A DNA stretch of 64,000 nucleotides from Candidatus Pacearchaeota archaeon (GCA_016866975.1 VGKP01000002.1:18866-82865); one strand, 5' to 3'. Shown: positions 24,695 through 35,041, counted from the stretch's first letter. Numbers and translations: made by a program. Notes: generated from the letters alone by a model not told the origin.

Positions 24695-27493
24695 ATGCTT
24701 AACTCCAAAAGCACAGAGAAAGAAGTACTTGAATTCTGGAATAAGAATGAGATATATGGTAAGAGTAAGGAGAAAAATAGGAAAGGCAAGAAATTCTACT
24801 TCATGGATGGTCCGCCTTATGCTAGTGGGAGCATACATCTCGGGACTGCCTTAAACAAGGTCTTAAAGGATATCGCGATGCGTTCCCAGAGATTGCAGGG
24901 AAAAGATGTCTTCGACAGGCCTGGATATGATACTCACGGAGTACCGATTGAATTCAAAGTGGAGAAAGAGCTTGGGACAAAAACAAAGCAGGATATCGAG
25001 GCATTCGGTATTGACAAGTTCATATCAAGGTGCAAGGAATTCGCTACGAAGTATATAAGTGAAATGAACAATGAGTTCTCCAATCTGGGTATCTGGATGG
25101 ATTGGAGTGATCCCTATGTCACTCTGTCTCCAGGTTATATCGAGGCAATATGGCACGCTTTCAAGAAAGCTGAAGAGAAAGGCCTTCTTTATCTTGGAAA
25201 ATACTCTGTTCATGTCTGTACAAGATGCGCAACAGCCGTTGCATATAACGAGATAGAATACGGAAAGCAGAAAGACACTTCTGTTTTTGTTAAATTCCCA
25301 GTTGTTGGGAAGAAGAATACATTTCTTGTGATATGGACTACTACTCCTTGGACATTACCTGCAAATACAGGGGTGATGGTCCATCCAGATATAACTTACC
25401 AGGAGATATCTACTTCTGAAGGTGAACACTGGATAATGGCCAAAGATCGTATCGCTCCAGTAATGTCTATGCTTGAAAGGGGATTTACTTTGGTGAGAGA
25501 ATTCAAGGGAAAAGTAATGGAAGGGTGGAAGTATGAGAATCCTATTGCTCGCCATACAAAAATTAAAGTGAAGGATGGATACAGAGTCGTATTGACTCCA
25601 AGATATGTGACTACAGAAGAGGGCACAGGATTGGTGCACTGCGCGCCAGGCCATGGCAAGGAAGACTATGAGGTTGGCAGAGATGAAGGTCTTGATATGT
25701 TATGCCCAGTTAATATAAATGGAATAATGACTGAAGAGGCAGGCAAATACGCAGGAAAGAATGCAAGAGTAGTTGACACGGAGATAATTGAAGACCTAGA
25801 AAGGGATGGATTTCTTGTTCACAAACTTGTTTATGAGCATGATTATCCTCTTTGCTGGAGAGACAAGACTCCTCTTCTCATGCTTTCTCTTCCTCAGTGG
25901 TTTCTAAAGATTTCAGGCATTCAGAAGAAGTTACTCAAGGATAATGATAAAATTGAATGGGTCCCTTCATGGGTAAAGCTTCGTATGAAGGCTTGGCTAG
26001 AAGGGATAGGTGATTGGCCAGTCTCAAGGGCGAGATACTGGGGGACCCCTCTTCCAATATGGTATAACGAAGAGACAGGTGAGAGGGTTGTTGTAGGGAG
26101 CATCGCAGAATTGGAGAAGCTTTCAGGGATGAAAGTCAAGGACCCTCACAAGCCAATGATTGACGAAATAGTGATTCCCGGTAAGAAAGGGAAGCCTCTT
26201 AGAAGAGTCAAGGAAGTCCTGGATGTATGGTTTGATTCAGGTGTTTCGAGCTGGGCAGCACTGGGTTACCCTGCAAAAAAAGAGGACTTTGATCAATTCT
26301 GGCCAGCTGATCTTAATATAGAAGGCAAGGACCAGATAAGAGGATGGTGGAACTCTCAGATGATTCTATCTGAGATAACATTTGGGAAGAAGCCTTTCAA
26401 GTCGGTTGCCATGCATGGAATGGTCTTGGACATCAGTAAGCGTAAGATGTCTAAATCAGAAGGCAATAATACCACTCCCGCTGAAGTGATTGAGAAGTTT
26501 GGAAGGGACGCATTAAGATATATGTTTGCCAAACTATCTAAGGGAGAGGATTTCTCTTATAGCGATAATGAGATGAAAGACATTCAGAGGATATTCATGA
26601 TGATGGGCAACATAAATAATTTCGTTCGCCAGCTATCGCCTTCAAAAGGAAAAACCAAGTTATCTCCTGAAGATCATTGGATACTCTCACAATATAACTC
26701 GCTTATAAGAGATGTGACAGAGGCATACAATAGTTATAGGTTTACCGATGTTGTAAATCGTTTTGAACAGTTCTTAGTCTTTGATCTTAGCAGGACATAC
26801 ATTCAGATGATCAGAGATAGGGCAGATGAAGTGGCCCCACTTATGCGAGAAATAAGGGACGGCCTTCTTTTGCTTATTTCTCCAATAACCCCATTCTTAT
26901 GTGAAAAAATGTGGCAGGAATTAAGGAAAGACAGATTGGTGGATGAAGAATCGATACATCTAAGCTCGTTTCCAAGGGCAGATACGAAGAAGATTGATGG
27001 AGATTTAGATTTATCATTCAAGAACTTGGCCAGAATAATTGAGTTTGGTATGGCTGAGAGGGACAAGGCCAAAATTGGACTGCGCTGGCCTCTTGCTCTG
27101 GCTACGGTTACTTCAAAAATACCTGTAAAAAAGGAGTTGCAATCAATAATAAAAAGACAGTTGAACGTGAAAGATGTGAAGATTGTAAAGGGAGATACTG
27201 TAAAAGTTGAGCTTGATACTTTATTGACCCCTGAACTTGAGGCAGAAGGTCTAGCAAGGGAGCTTGCGCGCAAGATACAGGCAGAGAGGAAGAATGCTGG
27301 TCTTGTGAAGACACAAGAAATAGTATTGAAATTGACTTTGGATACTGAAACCAGAAAAATTTTGATGCCATTTATTCACTTCGTGTCAGAGAGAACAAAT
27401 GCAAATGATATACAATTTATCGAAGATAAAAATCATGTAAAGCCAGTGTCATTCGAAGTGAAAGATAAAAAGATTCTTTTCTCATTTTCGTAA
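24695..27493 (+). CDS. ileS: Isoleucyl-tRNA synthetase
   Basis: PPYASGSIHLGTALNKVLKD (HIGH-type), GYDTHGVPIE, WTTTPWTLPAN, EGKDQIRGWWNS, KMSKS. Start at the ATG 24695 (MLNSKSTEKEVLEFWNKN). AAATATAAAA box about 28 nt upstream. Confidence 0.9.
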   Translation: MLNSKSTEKEVLEFWNKNEIYGKSKEKNRKGKKFYFMDGPPYASGSIHLGTALNKVLKDIAMRSQRLQGKDVFDRPGYDTHGVPIEFKVEKELGTKTKQDIEAFGIDKFISRCKEFATKYISEMNNEFSNLGIWMDWSDPYVTLSPGYIEAIWHAFKKAEEKGLLYLGKYSVHVCTRCATAVAYNEIEYGKQKDTSVFVKFPVVGKKNTFLVIWTTTPWTLPANTGVMVHPDITYQEISTSEGEHWIMAKDRIAPVMSMLERGFTLVREFKGKVMEGWKYENPIARHTKIKVKDGYRVVLTPRYVTTEEGTGLVHCAPGHGKEDYEVGRDEGLDMLCPVNINGIMTEEAGKYAGKNARVVDTEIIEDLERDGFLVHKLVYEHDYPLCWRDKTPLLMLSLPQWFLKISGIQKKLLKDNDKIEWVPSWVKLRMKAWLEGIGDWPVSRARYWGTPLPIWYNEETGERVVVGSIAELEKLSGMKVKDPHKPMIDEIVIPGKKGKPLRRVKEVLDVWFDSGVSSWAALGYPAKKEDFDQFWPADLNIEGKDQIRGWWNSQMILSEITFGKKPFKSVAMHGMVLDISKRKMSKSEGNNTTPAEVIEKFGRDALRYMFAKLSKGEDFSYSDNEMKDIQRIFMMMGNINNFVRQLSPSKGKTKLSPEDHWILSQYNSLIRDVTEAYNSYRFTDVVNRFEQFLVFDLSRTYIQMIRDRADEVAPLMREIRDGLLLLISPITPFLCEKMWQELRKDRLVDEESIHLSSFPRADTKKIDGDLDLSFKNLARIIEFGMAERDKAKIGLRWPLALATVTSKIPVKKELQSIIKRQLNVKDVKIVKGDTVKVELDTLLTPELEAEGLARELARKIQAERKNAGLVKTQEIVLKLTLDTETRKILMPFIHFVSERTNANDIQFIEDKNHVKPVSFEVKDKKILFSFS

Positions 27494-27568
27494 TTTTAAA
27501 GGAATACATGAGGAAAGGTTTAAATACCAAAACCCTTTCATTTAAGGAAGAGAGTGCCAAATTTACAT

Positions 27569-28399
27569 ATGATAATAAAGGAAGAATTTTTAAGCAGATT
27601 ACGGAAAATTTTTGATCTTAACTTATATGAGGCTAAAGTTTGGACAGCACTCCTTTCCAGAGGTGTTTCTACAGCAGGAGAATTAAGCAACATATCGGAT
27701 GTTCCAAGAAGCAGGACTTATGACATATTGGAATCTCTTGAGAAGAAGGGATTTATTGTGATGAAGATTGGTAAGCCTATCAAGTTTGTTGCTTTGAAGC
27801 CTGAAGAGGTTGTTGAGAGAGTTAAGAAGAATCTTATAGTTAATGCCCAGGAGAAAAGTAGGAGACTTGAGAAATTGCGTGGAGATGAGGTCCTTGATGA
27901 ATTGAATTCTCTATTTACAAATGGCATAAAGTTTGTCGAGCCATCAGATCTCTCAGGTAGTCTTCGTGGTCGCCAGAACATGTACAATCATCTTGACATG
28001 ATGATTCGTGGCGCTGAGAAGAATATAACTCTTGTTACAACAGCTGAGGGTATAAATAGGAAGCTCGAAGCTCTTATGCCTGCTCTTGAGAAAGCAAAGA
28101 AGCGCGGCGTCTCAATTAAGATTGCTGCACCAATCACTCAAGATAACATCAAGGTGGCAAAAGATCTTTCAAAGGTAGCAGAGATCAGGGATGTTTCTAA
28201 CCATAACCTTAATGCAAGATTTGCCGTAGTAGACAATGAGCAATTGATGTTCATGCTTCTTGATGATAAGTCCGTGCATCCAAACTATGATGTAGCTGTC
28301 TGGTTATCTTCAGAATTCTTTGCAAGGGCCCTTGATCAATTGTTCAATTCTGCATGGGATCAGTTCCCCCAATTAGGGAAGCTTAATGGAAAGAAATAG
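27569..28399 (+). CDS. TrmB-family transcriptional regulator (wHTH plus C-terminal effector-like domain)
   Basis: LYEAKVWTALLSRGVSTAGELSNISDVPRSRTYDILESLEKKGFIVMKIGKPIKFVA. An alternative GTG start at 27554 is possible. Confidence 0.8.
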   Translation: MIIKEEFLSRLRKIFDLNLYEAKVWTALLSRGVSTAGELSNISDVPRSRTYDILESLEKKGFIVMKIGKPIKFVALKPEEVVERVKKNLIVNAQEKSRRLEKLRGDEVLDELNSLFTNGIKFVEPSDLSGSLRGRQNMYNHLDMMIRGAEKNITLVTTAEGINRKLEALMPALEKAKKRGVSIKIAAPITQDNIKVAKDLSKVAEIRDVSNHNLNARFAVVDNEQLMFMLLDDKSVHPNYDVAVWLSSEFFARALDQLFNSAWDQFPQLGKLNGKK

Positions 28400-28445
28400 T
28401 TACTGATTTAGAAAACGTTTTAAACTACTAAATTTTCTTTGTCAT

Positions 28446-28865
28446 ATGGATCATTCATATTTTGCTCCGAGATATAGTTATTTAGGTCCTCCTATAAGTG
28501 ATTCTTTAGAGCCTGTCCCATATAAGGATCCTAGAACCTTAAGAGAGAAGATGAGTGATGTTTCTTCTTCTCGTTCAATGGACCTTACAGGAAGTATAAA
28601 CCTTATGGAGACTTGCGCCATTATTTTTGAGAGAGCGAGGGAGCTCCCTCGCCTTAAAGGAAAAATCTATGTCATAAATATCGAGAATCCCGATAAACCT
28701 AAACTAGAAAGTGTTGATGAAAGTACTATTCTACCTGATAATTATCTTACTCGAGAGAAAGTTCAATCTCAGATAGAATCTTCCAAGCCAGTAGCTACAG
28801 ATTCAAGGTCTAAAAGAAGAGGATGGAAAGGTAATAGTTTTTTTTACAAGAGAGATACTCAATGA
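28446..28865 (+). CDS. Hypothetical protein (139 aa)
   Basis: ORF overlapping the tatD start by 4 nt (coupled). No motif. Confidence 0.45.
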   Translation: MDHSYFAPRYSYLGPPISDSLEPVPYKDPRTLREKMSDVSSSRSMDLTGSINLMETCAIIFERARELPRLKGKIYVINIENPDKPKLESVDESTILPDNYLTREKVQSQIESSKPVATDSRSKRRGWKGNSFFYKRDTQ

Positions 28866-29608
28866 CTTACATAGACATACATTGCCATCTAGACCTTCTT
28901 GAAAATATCTCTCAAGTTATAGAAAATGCAAATAATTCAGGAGTTGAAATAATTCTTACTCAAGGGATTAATGCTGAGACAAACAGGAAAGCACTTGCTT
29001 TGGCAAAAGAGTATAAAGAAGTAAAAGCTTGTCTTGGAATATACCCTATTGATGCATTAAAAATGACTGACAAGGAAATAGATTCAGAAATAGCATTCAT
29101 AAAAGCTAATAAAAAATATATTGTGGCAATAGGGGAGGTAGGCATGGACTTCAAAGAAGACGATATAGATCATGAACGCCAAAAAAAGATTTTCACAAAG
29201 TTCATTGCTCTCTCAATAGAGCTCGATATGCCAATAATAATTCACTCTAGAAAAGCTGAAAAGGAATGTATAGAGCTCTTAGAAAAATGCAATGCAATGA
29301 AAGTGATAATGCACTGCTTTTGTGGCAAGTGGAAACTTGTGGAAAGGATACAAAAGAATGGCTGGTTCTTAACAGTCCCCACATCTGTAACAAAATCAGA
29401 GCAATTTCAGGCAATTGCTCAGGAAGTACCTCTGGCTCAGTTATTCTGCGAGACAGATTCTCCTTACCTGCATCCAGATAAAATATGGCCAAACGAGCCC
29501 GCAAATATAGTAAGAAGTTATTTGGAATTAGCCAGACTGAGAAAGATATCAGTTGAAGATGGGAGAGAGATTATTAGGAATAACTATCTAAAATTATTCA
29601 AAAAGTAA
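28862..29608 (+). CDS. tatD: TatD-family metal-dependent hydrolase/DNase
   Basis: YIDIHCHL (HxH), AIGEVGMDF, IIHSR, VIMHCF, ETDSPYL motif series. Confidence 0.85.
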   Translation: MTYIDIHCHLDLLENISQVIENANNSGVEIILTQGINAETNRKALALAKEYKEVKACLGIYPIDALKMTDKEIDSEIAFIKANKKYIVAIGEVGMDFKEDDIDHERQKKIFTKFIALSIELDMPIIIHSRKAEKECIELLEKCNAMKVIMHCFCGKWKLVERIQKNGWFLTVPTSVTKSEQFQAIAQEVPLAQLFCETDSPYLHPDKIWPNEPANIVRSYLELARLRKISVEDGREIIRNNYLKLFKK

Positions 29609-29640
29609 AGTTTTTAAAAGACTTTTATGCGGGAGATATA

Positions 29641-30309
29641 ATGGGACAGTCTTTGATATTAAGGCTTAAGGGAGTACAAGAGATTATAGATTTATCTCAC
29701 AGAGACTTGTTGCGTAAGAGGATGAGTGGAGTCAAATTACCTGGATGGATACCTTACGACAATCAAAAACCAGACTATTCTTATCTGATATGTGATATTA
29801 TCCAAAGAGGCCTTGATAATAGTATTTCTTTAGAGCTTGGGTGTGGAGATGGCCCTTGGGCTCTTCTTGCTTCAGCAGCAGGATTAAGGTCATTTGGTAT
29901 CGATGCAGATTCTGGACTTGTTTCAAGAGCACGTATAAATTATTTTAGTGCATTGTTAGGAGGATATATTAAAGGTAATTGTAGATTCGCAGTAGGCAAT
30001 ATTCATCATAGTTATAATGAAGAGCAATATCTTATAGATGCTGAAAGATCGAAAGTCATGAGGACTGAATTCTTGGATAATCCTTATGAAGAACTAGGCA
30101 TTAATATAGGTTGCGCGGATATTATCAACGGCTATCTCTGGCCAGAACACATGTCTTCTTTGCTTAGTCTTTTGAATGAACACGCAAGATCGAATGCCTT
30201 ATTTATCTTACCGTTTTATGAGCACAGGAAGCATCATCAACTGCTCGATCTCAAGCCGGTAGGAATTGCGCCTAGAGGTACTGCATTATACAGAAGAGCT
30301 AGAGTGTAA
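29641..30309 (+). CDS. Putative SAM-dependent methyltransferase-like protein
   Basis: Motif I-like LELGCGDGPWALL followed by FGIDAD (motif II-like). Weak overall. Confidence 0.45.
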   Translation: MGQSLILRLKGVQEIIDLSHRDLLRKRMSGVKLPGWIPYDNQKPDYSYLICDIIQRGLDNSISLELGCGDGPWALLASAAGLRSFGIDADSGLVSRARINYFSALLGGYIKGNCRFAVGNIHHSYNEEQYLIDAERSKVMRTEFLDNPYEELGINIGCADIINGYLWPEHMSSLLSLLNEHARSNALFILPFYEHRKHHQLLDLKPVGIAPRGTALYRRARV

Positions 30310-30356
30310 TCTTATCTACCCTCAATGCTTAAATAGCTTTGAATTTAGTATATTCA

Positions 30357-30653
30357 ATGGCAAGGAACAGAAAGACCAAGGTAATCAAAATCCTCCTTGC
30401 ATTATTATTTTTTACAGTATTATTGGCTGTGTTCTTGTCTTCAAACAAGTCTGCGCCTACTCTAGATTCTTGTGAAAAAGATTCAGATTGTGTTCCTTCT
30501 TCATGTTGCCATCCTGCATCATGCGTTTTAAAGAATCAGGCTCCAGAATGTAAGGGTGTTATTTGCAGCCAGGAATGCAAACCAGGCACTCTGGATTGTG
30601 GTCAGGCAAGCTGCAGCTGTCAAAATAAGAGGTGTGTTGTGAAAAGACAATGA
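30357..30653 (+). CDS. Small secreted cysteine-rich protein (98 aa, 12 Cys in the mature 60 aa)
   Basis: MARNRKTKV + TM/signal helix, then CEKDSDCVPSSCCHPASCV..CKGVICSQECKPGTLDCGQASCSCQNKRC. Stop overlaps the subtilase ATG (ATGA). Confidence 0.55.
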   Translation: MARNRKTKVIKILLALLFFTVLLAVFLSSNKSAPTLDSCEKDSDCVPSSCCHPASCVLKNQAPECKGVICSQECKPGTLDCGQASCSCQNKRCVVKRQ

Positions 30654-33600
30654 GAAAAAAGATAATCATAGTTTTAAGCCTGTTTTTTGTAATTCTAGGA
30701 AGCCATTTTCTTGATGCAGATGACTCTCCTTCAAAAGTCACAGACGACGTGTATAAACATCTTGGAAACAATGATACTGTAGATGTAGTGATAAAAACTA
30801 AACCTAGTAAGAATATTGTATTAAAATCTTCTACTTTTTCTCTTTCTCAATATCAGGCAAAAGCCACTAGGGTAAAGGACGATTTAATTATCGTCAAAGT
30901 TACTCCATCTGAATTGAAAAATCTTGAATTAAATCCAAATGTAGAAAAGATAGAGTTTGCCTACAAAATTAAAGCCTTCTTACAAAACTCTAGGGCGATT
31001 GTAAATTCAACAGCAAGTGCATCGCTTGGTATAAATAATGTAAACTTGACTGGAGTTGGAGAAACAGTTTGCGTCATAGATACTGGAATAAACTTTACTC
31101 ATTCAGACCTAATTGGAAAGAACAAAACTGCTTGTATTGTGGATTGTTTAAATAAAAACTGCGCAGAAAACTGTACTTTAATAGATGATAACGGTCATGG
31201 GACTCATGTCGCAGGAATTGTAGCCGCAAACGGGACATTAAAGGGCGTGGCACCGGATGCAAACCTTATAGGTGTAAGAGTTCTAAATGCAAGTGGAGAA
31301 GGTCATCATTCAAATGCTGTAGATGATTTGACTAATGCAATAAATTGGTGTAAAGATAATAGGAATAATTACAGTATAAGCGTAATAACTATGAGTCTCG
31401 GTACTTCAGATTTATTTCAGAATTATTGCGATGCTGATCTGGCGACTTCATGGACAAGAGCAATTAATAACGCTACAGCACACAATATCTCAGTGATTGC
31501 GGCGACAGGCAATAGTGGAAATAATACTGCTATTTCAGCTCCAGCATGTATTCAAAATGCGACTTCAGTATCATCTGTATCCAAAGTAGATTCAATTGCA
31601 AGTTATAGTAATTACAACAATCTCACTGATTTATTTGCTCCTGGCGGCTTATCAACGAATTCTGCCACATTAATTAACTCTACTTGTATATCATCAGAAT
31701 CTTCTAATGGCTATTGTGGAAAGCAAGGTACAAGCATGGCAACACCTCACGTCGCAGGAGCCGTAGCCTTAATCAAGCAATTTTATCGTTCTCAAACCAA
31801 TGGAGGCAATGCTACGCGGGCAATTATTGAAAACGCTCTAAAAATCTATGGTAAAAACATAACTGTCCCAGCAGGATATAATATCTCTCGTATCGATATA
31901 TACTCTGCAATCATATCTTTAGATGCATTCTCCCCGAATGTCACTCTCGTCTCCCCTTCTAATGCGACTGCTTCGCTCATTATCAATCAAACATTTCTCT
32001 GCAACGCTACGGATCTTGCTATTAAAAACGGCACATTTTACCTCTGGAATTCAACTTCTTCCATCTACAATCAAACATCAATGAATTTGAATGGAAGTGC
32101 GGCAGTGCTTCAAATTAACGTCACAAATATTTCTAGTGGAACCTATGTCTGGAATTGCTTATTTACAGATGAGAACAATAACAAGACGTTTGCAAGTCTC
32201 AATAATACCCTTACAATTTCAGGTTCTATTATTGATCTCGTATCTCCTGCTGGAGATCTTTTTACTAACACAAATCAAACATATGTCTGTAATGTTAGTT
32301 CAAGTCTTAACATATCAAATGTAACATTCTATCTCTGGAACGTTACCAGCTCAGAGATTAATGTCAGCTTTACAAACATATCTGGCACGAGCTCATCCAA
32401 AAACTTCTCAATTAACTTCACCTCAGAAGGAGTTTATTCCTGGAACTGTCTCTTCAAAGATACTTCAAATAATGGGACATTTGCGACATCAAATAAGACC
32501 ATAACCTACGATATTACAAAGCCCGTGATAAATATCACTCTTCCATTAAATGGCAGCTACTATAATGCTGGAAGGTTCAACATAACTTTGAATGAGAATT
32601 CATCTTGTCTTTATTCTCTTGATCATGGTACTAAAAACTATTCCATGAGTTCAATAAATAATAGAACATTCAATGCCACTAACTTGACTCTCGTGCATGA
32701 CCGGAACTATAATGTGACGTATTACTGTAATGATACTGCAGGTAATTCCAACAGCACATTTGCAGGCAATTTCACTATAGACCTTTCAACACCAAATGTT
32801 ACTCTATTAAGTCCTGTTGATTCATATGCTGAGACGGCCTCATCTACGACTCTTAATCTTATCTTCAATGTCACTGACAATCTTAATCTCTCAAGTTGTT
32901 CTCTTATAATCGGCGGTTCTGTGAATTCTACAAACAGCACTTTCATAAATCAGACATTGAATCAGTCATTTCAGATAACTTTCGGGGCAGGAAGTTATAC
33001 ATGGAATGTTAACTGCACAGATATTGCCCAGAACACGGGAAATTCAAACTCTAGGACAATCACAATCTCGGCACCAGTTTCAAGTTCTTCTGGCGGCGGT
33101 GGGGGCGGTGGAGGTGGAGACGGTGGAGGTACAGGAGCAAGCACGTTCAGCCCAAGCCAGGATCAAGTCTCAAGGGGATTTACTCAGGAGGTTAAGAAGG
33201 AGGACAAGATAAAGTTCAATATATTTGATGAGAAGGCCGTGCAACATACTCTTATTGTCGAGACAGTCTCAGATAAATATGTAAATATCACTATAAGGAG
33301 TGAGCCAATCAACTTTCTTCTTGGGGCGGGCCAGAGTATAAAACTCAATTTGACATCTCCTTCTTTCTATAATCTCTACATAAAGGTAGAGAACATAACA
33401 AATGGCAAGGCATCGTTGACAGTGCAGACTATAAATGAGCCTATAGCTGTCCCAAAGGTGGAGGAGAAGACTAATAGTTCTCCAATCACGGAAGTAAGCA
33501 TACCACAAGAGACAAATCAGACAGCACCTCCTTCGGTCACACAATCAACAGGCATATCTGGATGGACTCTTTTCTGGGGGATATTCATAAGCGCGATAAT

Positions 33601-33655
33601 AGCAAGCCTTATAGTCTATCTTATAGACCACAGGAAGAAGACAAAGTCGTTATAG
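30650..33655 (+). CDS. Subtilisin-like (S8) serine protease with tandem sequon-rich Ig-like domains, poly-Gly linker and C-terminal TM anchor
   Basis: Catalytic triad contexts VCVIDTGIN (D), HGTHVAGIV (H), GTSMATPHVAG (S). Signal peptide. Repeated FYLWN(S/V)TSS...(Y)(V/S)WNCLF(T/K)D..NN.TFA units. GGGGGGGGDGGG. C-terminal TM helix. Confidence 0.9.
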   Translation: MRKKIIIVLSLFFVILGSHFLDADDSPSKVTDDVYKHLGNNDTVDVVIKTKPSKNIVLKSSTFSLSQYQAKATRVKDDLIIVKVTPSELKNLELNPNVEKIEFAYKIKAFLQNSRAIVNSTASASLGINNVNLTGVGETVCVIDTGINFTHSDLIGKNKTACIVDCLNKNCAENCTLIDDNGHGTHVAGIVAANGTLKGVAPDANLIGVRVLNASGEGHHSNAVDDLTNAINWCKDNRNNYSISVITMSLGTSDLFQNYCDADLATSWTRAINNATAHNISVIAATGNSGNNTAISAPACIQNATSVSSVSKVDSIASYSNYNNLTDLFAPGGLSTNSATLINSTCISSESSNGYCGKQGTSMATPHVAGAVALIKQFYRSQTNGGNATRAIIENALKIYGKNITVPAGYNISRIDIYSAIISLDAFSPNVTLVSPSNATASLIINQTFLCNATDLAIKNGTFYLWNSTSSIYNQTSMNLNGSAAVLQINVTNISSGTYVWNCLFTDENNNKTFASLNNTLTISGSIIDLVSPAGDLFTNTNQTYVCNVSSSLNISNVTFYLWNVTSSEINVSFTNISGTSSSKNFSINFTSEGVYSWNCLFKDTSNNGTFATSNKTITYDITKPVINITLPLNGSYYNAGRFNITLNENSSCLYSLDHGTKNYSMSSINNRTFNATNLTLVHDRNYNVTYYCNDTAGNSNSTFAGNFTIDLSTPNVTLLSPVDSYAETASSTTLNLIFNVTDNLNLSSCSLIIGGSVNSTNSTFINQTLNQSFQITFGAGSYTWNVNCTDIAQNTGNSNSRTITISAPVSSSSGGGGGGGGGDGGGTGASTFSPSQDQVSRGFTQEVKKEDKIKFNIFDEKAVQHTLIVETVSDKYVNITIRSEPINFLLGAGQSIKLNLTSPSFYNLYIKVENITNGKASLTVQTINEPIAVPKVEEKTNSSPITEVSIPQETNQTAPPSVTQSTGISGWTLFWGIFISAIIASLIVYLIDHRKKTKSL

Positions 33656-33683
33656 TTATAAAGCCCTTTTTATTATTCTATTA

Positions 33684-34946
33684 ATGTTAGAGGAGTTCGT
33701 ACAGTCCATCGCAGCTACAAATCTTAAATATATCCTAGTTTTCTTAGTAGCTCTCGCAGAGTCTATAATCTTCTTAAATCCCATAGTGCCCGGGCAGACT
33801 ATTGTGGTGCTTGCAGGTATAGGTGCTCAACAAGGAATATTTAATCTTGGTTTGCTTATTGCAACTATCTTGATAGCGGTTGTTCTTGGAGATTGCATTA
33901 CTTATTATATAGGCAGGAGATATGGCATGAATCTTCTTAAAAGATACGGGGGATTTTTTTTCTTCAAAAAAGAATATCTTAACAAGACGCGGGCTCTGAT
34001 GAGAGACCACCTTGGGAAGTCCATCCTGTTAGGCCACATGCACGGATTTACGAGGGCATTGGTGCCATTTATTTCAGGAGCGCATAGGTCTTCTTTCAAG
34101 AGATTCTTATTCTTTACATTTTTCGGAGCCCTTATCTGGACCCTATTCTCAGTTTTATTAGGATATTTTCTTGGGGAAAGCTATCATTATATAGAAAGGT
34201 ATGCAGGTATAATAGTCCTTTTGATAATAATAAGCGCTTTGTCTTGGTACTACATAGCTTCATCTGTAAGTAAGAAGAATGCAATGTCTAATGAGAGCAA
34301 GATACTATGGATTTTGGGGATAGCAGGAATATTTTTCTTCTGGAGTATATTGAGGAATGTATCTCGAAAAGGATTTTGGATTACTCTAGACCAGTCTCTT
34401 TCATCAGCGGTCCAGAGACTGAACGACGAATTTTTGACATATGTAGCTAGATTTATTGAGGTCATCTTCGACGTGCAGGTTTTGATGGTTGTCTCAATAG
34501 TTATATTTTTCTGGTATATATTCAATAAGAAACATAGGGAAGCGACTTTCTTTGGAGCAGCAATGCTGGCAGGGGCATTGATTCTTTACGGAATAAAAGA
34601 ATGGATTCACAGGGCAAGGCCAGATTCAATAATAACATTGTCAGAAGGATTCTCTTTCCCAAGCGGTCATGCTACAATAGCAACATTGTTCATAGGACTC
34701 TTGCTTTACGCATTTTGGAAGACTTCAATTTCAAGGAAGTATAAGATGTACTTGACAATATTTTCCATATTTCTTGTTGTGATGATAGGTGCAAGCAGGA
34801 TTTACCTTAATGCTCACTGGCTCTCTGACGTGATAGCTGGATTTACATTGGGAGCAAGCATCCTGGTGTTTGCAAGGCTCTGTTATAATGCCTGGGATAG
34901 GATGTTCAAGAACAATAGGCTAAAGTTCCACACGTATAAGAAGTGA
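33684..34946 (+). CDS. DedA (SNARE-associated) membrane domain fused to PAP2 phosphatase domain
   Basis: DedA motif GDCITYYIGRRYG in the N-terminal half. PAP2 motifs KEWIHRARPD, SFPSGHA, SRIYLNAHWLSDVIAG in the C-terminal half. Confidence 0.8.
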   Translation: MLEEFVQSIAATNLKYILVFLVALAESIIFLNPIVPGQTIVVLAGIGAQQGIFNLGLLIATILIAVVLGDCITYYIGRRYGMNLLKRYGGFFFFKKEYLNKTRALMRDHLGKSILLGHMHGFTRALVPFISGAHRSSFKRFLFFTFFGALIWTLFSVLLGYFLGESYHYIERYAGIIVLLIIISALSWYYIASSVSKKNAMSNESKILWILGIAGIFFFWSILRNVSRKGFWITLDQSLSSAVQRLNDEFLTYVARFIEVIFDVQVLMVVSIVIFFWYIFNKKHREATFFGAAMLAGALILYGIKEWIHRARPDSIITLSEGFSFPSGHATIATLFIGLLLYAFWKTSISRKYKMYLTIFSIFLVVMIGASRIYLNAHWLSDVIAGFTLGASILVFARLCYNAWDRMFKNNRLKFHTYKK

Positions 34947-34997
34947 GCCTGTCGCGCCGCGTGCGACAGGCCCTTCACCTCAGCCATGTGAGGTGAA
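34947..34997 (+). terminator. GC-rich tandem double hairpin at a convergent gene junction
   Basis: GCCTGTCGC-gccgcgt-GCGACAGGC then TTCACCTCA-gccatg-TGAGGTGAA (9-bp stems), starting 1 nt after the 34946 stop. Confidence 0.45.
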
Positions 34998-35041
34998 CAT
35001 GATATTGATCTGAAAAAAGCTTATCTTTTAAAACTTTGTTA

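Noticed and set aside
25025-27371. ORFs on both strands inside ileS (for example 26803-27273 minus, 25355-25654 minus)
   Set aside because: They lie entirely within a strongly supported class I synthetase gene. Composition is typical of out-of-frame or antisense reading.
28446-28865. 139-aa ORF ending ..KRDTQ as a possible Pup/UBact-like C-terminal-Gln modifier
   Set aside because: It is twice the size of known modifiers, has no Gly-Gly or conserved helix pattern, lies more than 10 kb from the ligase-like genes, and is translationally coupled to tatD instead.
33090-33130. GGC/GGT-rich simple repeat
   Set aside because: It is in frame within the subtilase and encodes a poly-Gly linker (SSSGGGGGGGGDGGGTG). 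It is not an independent repeat feature.
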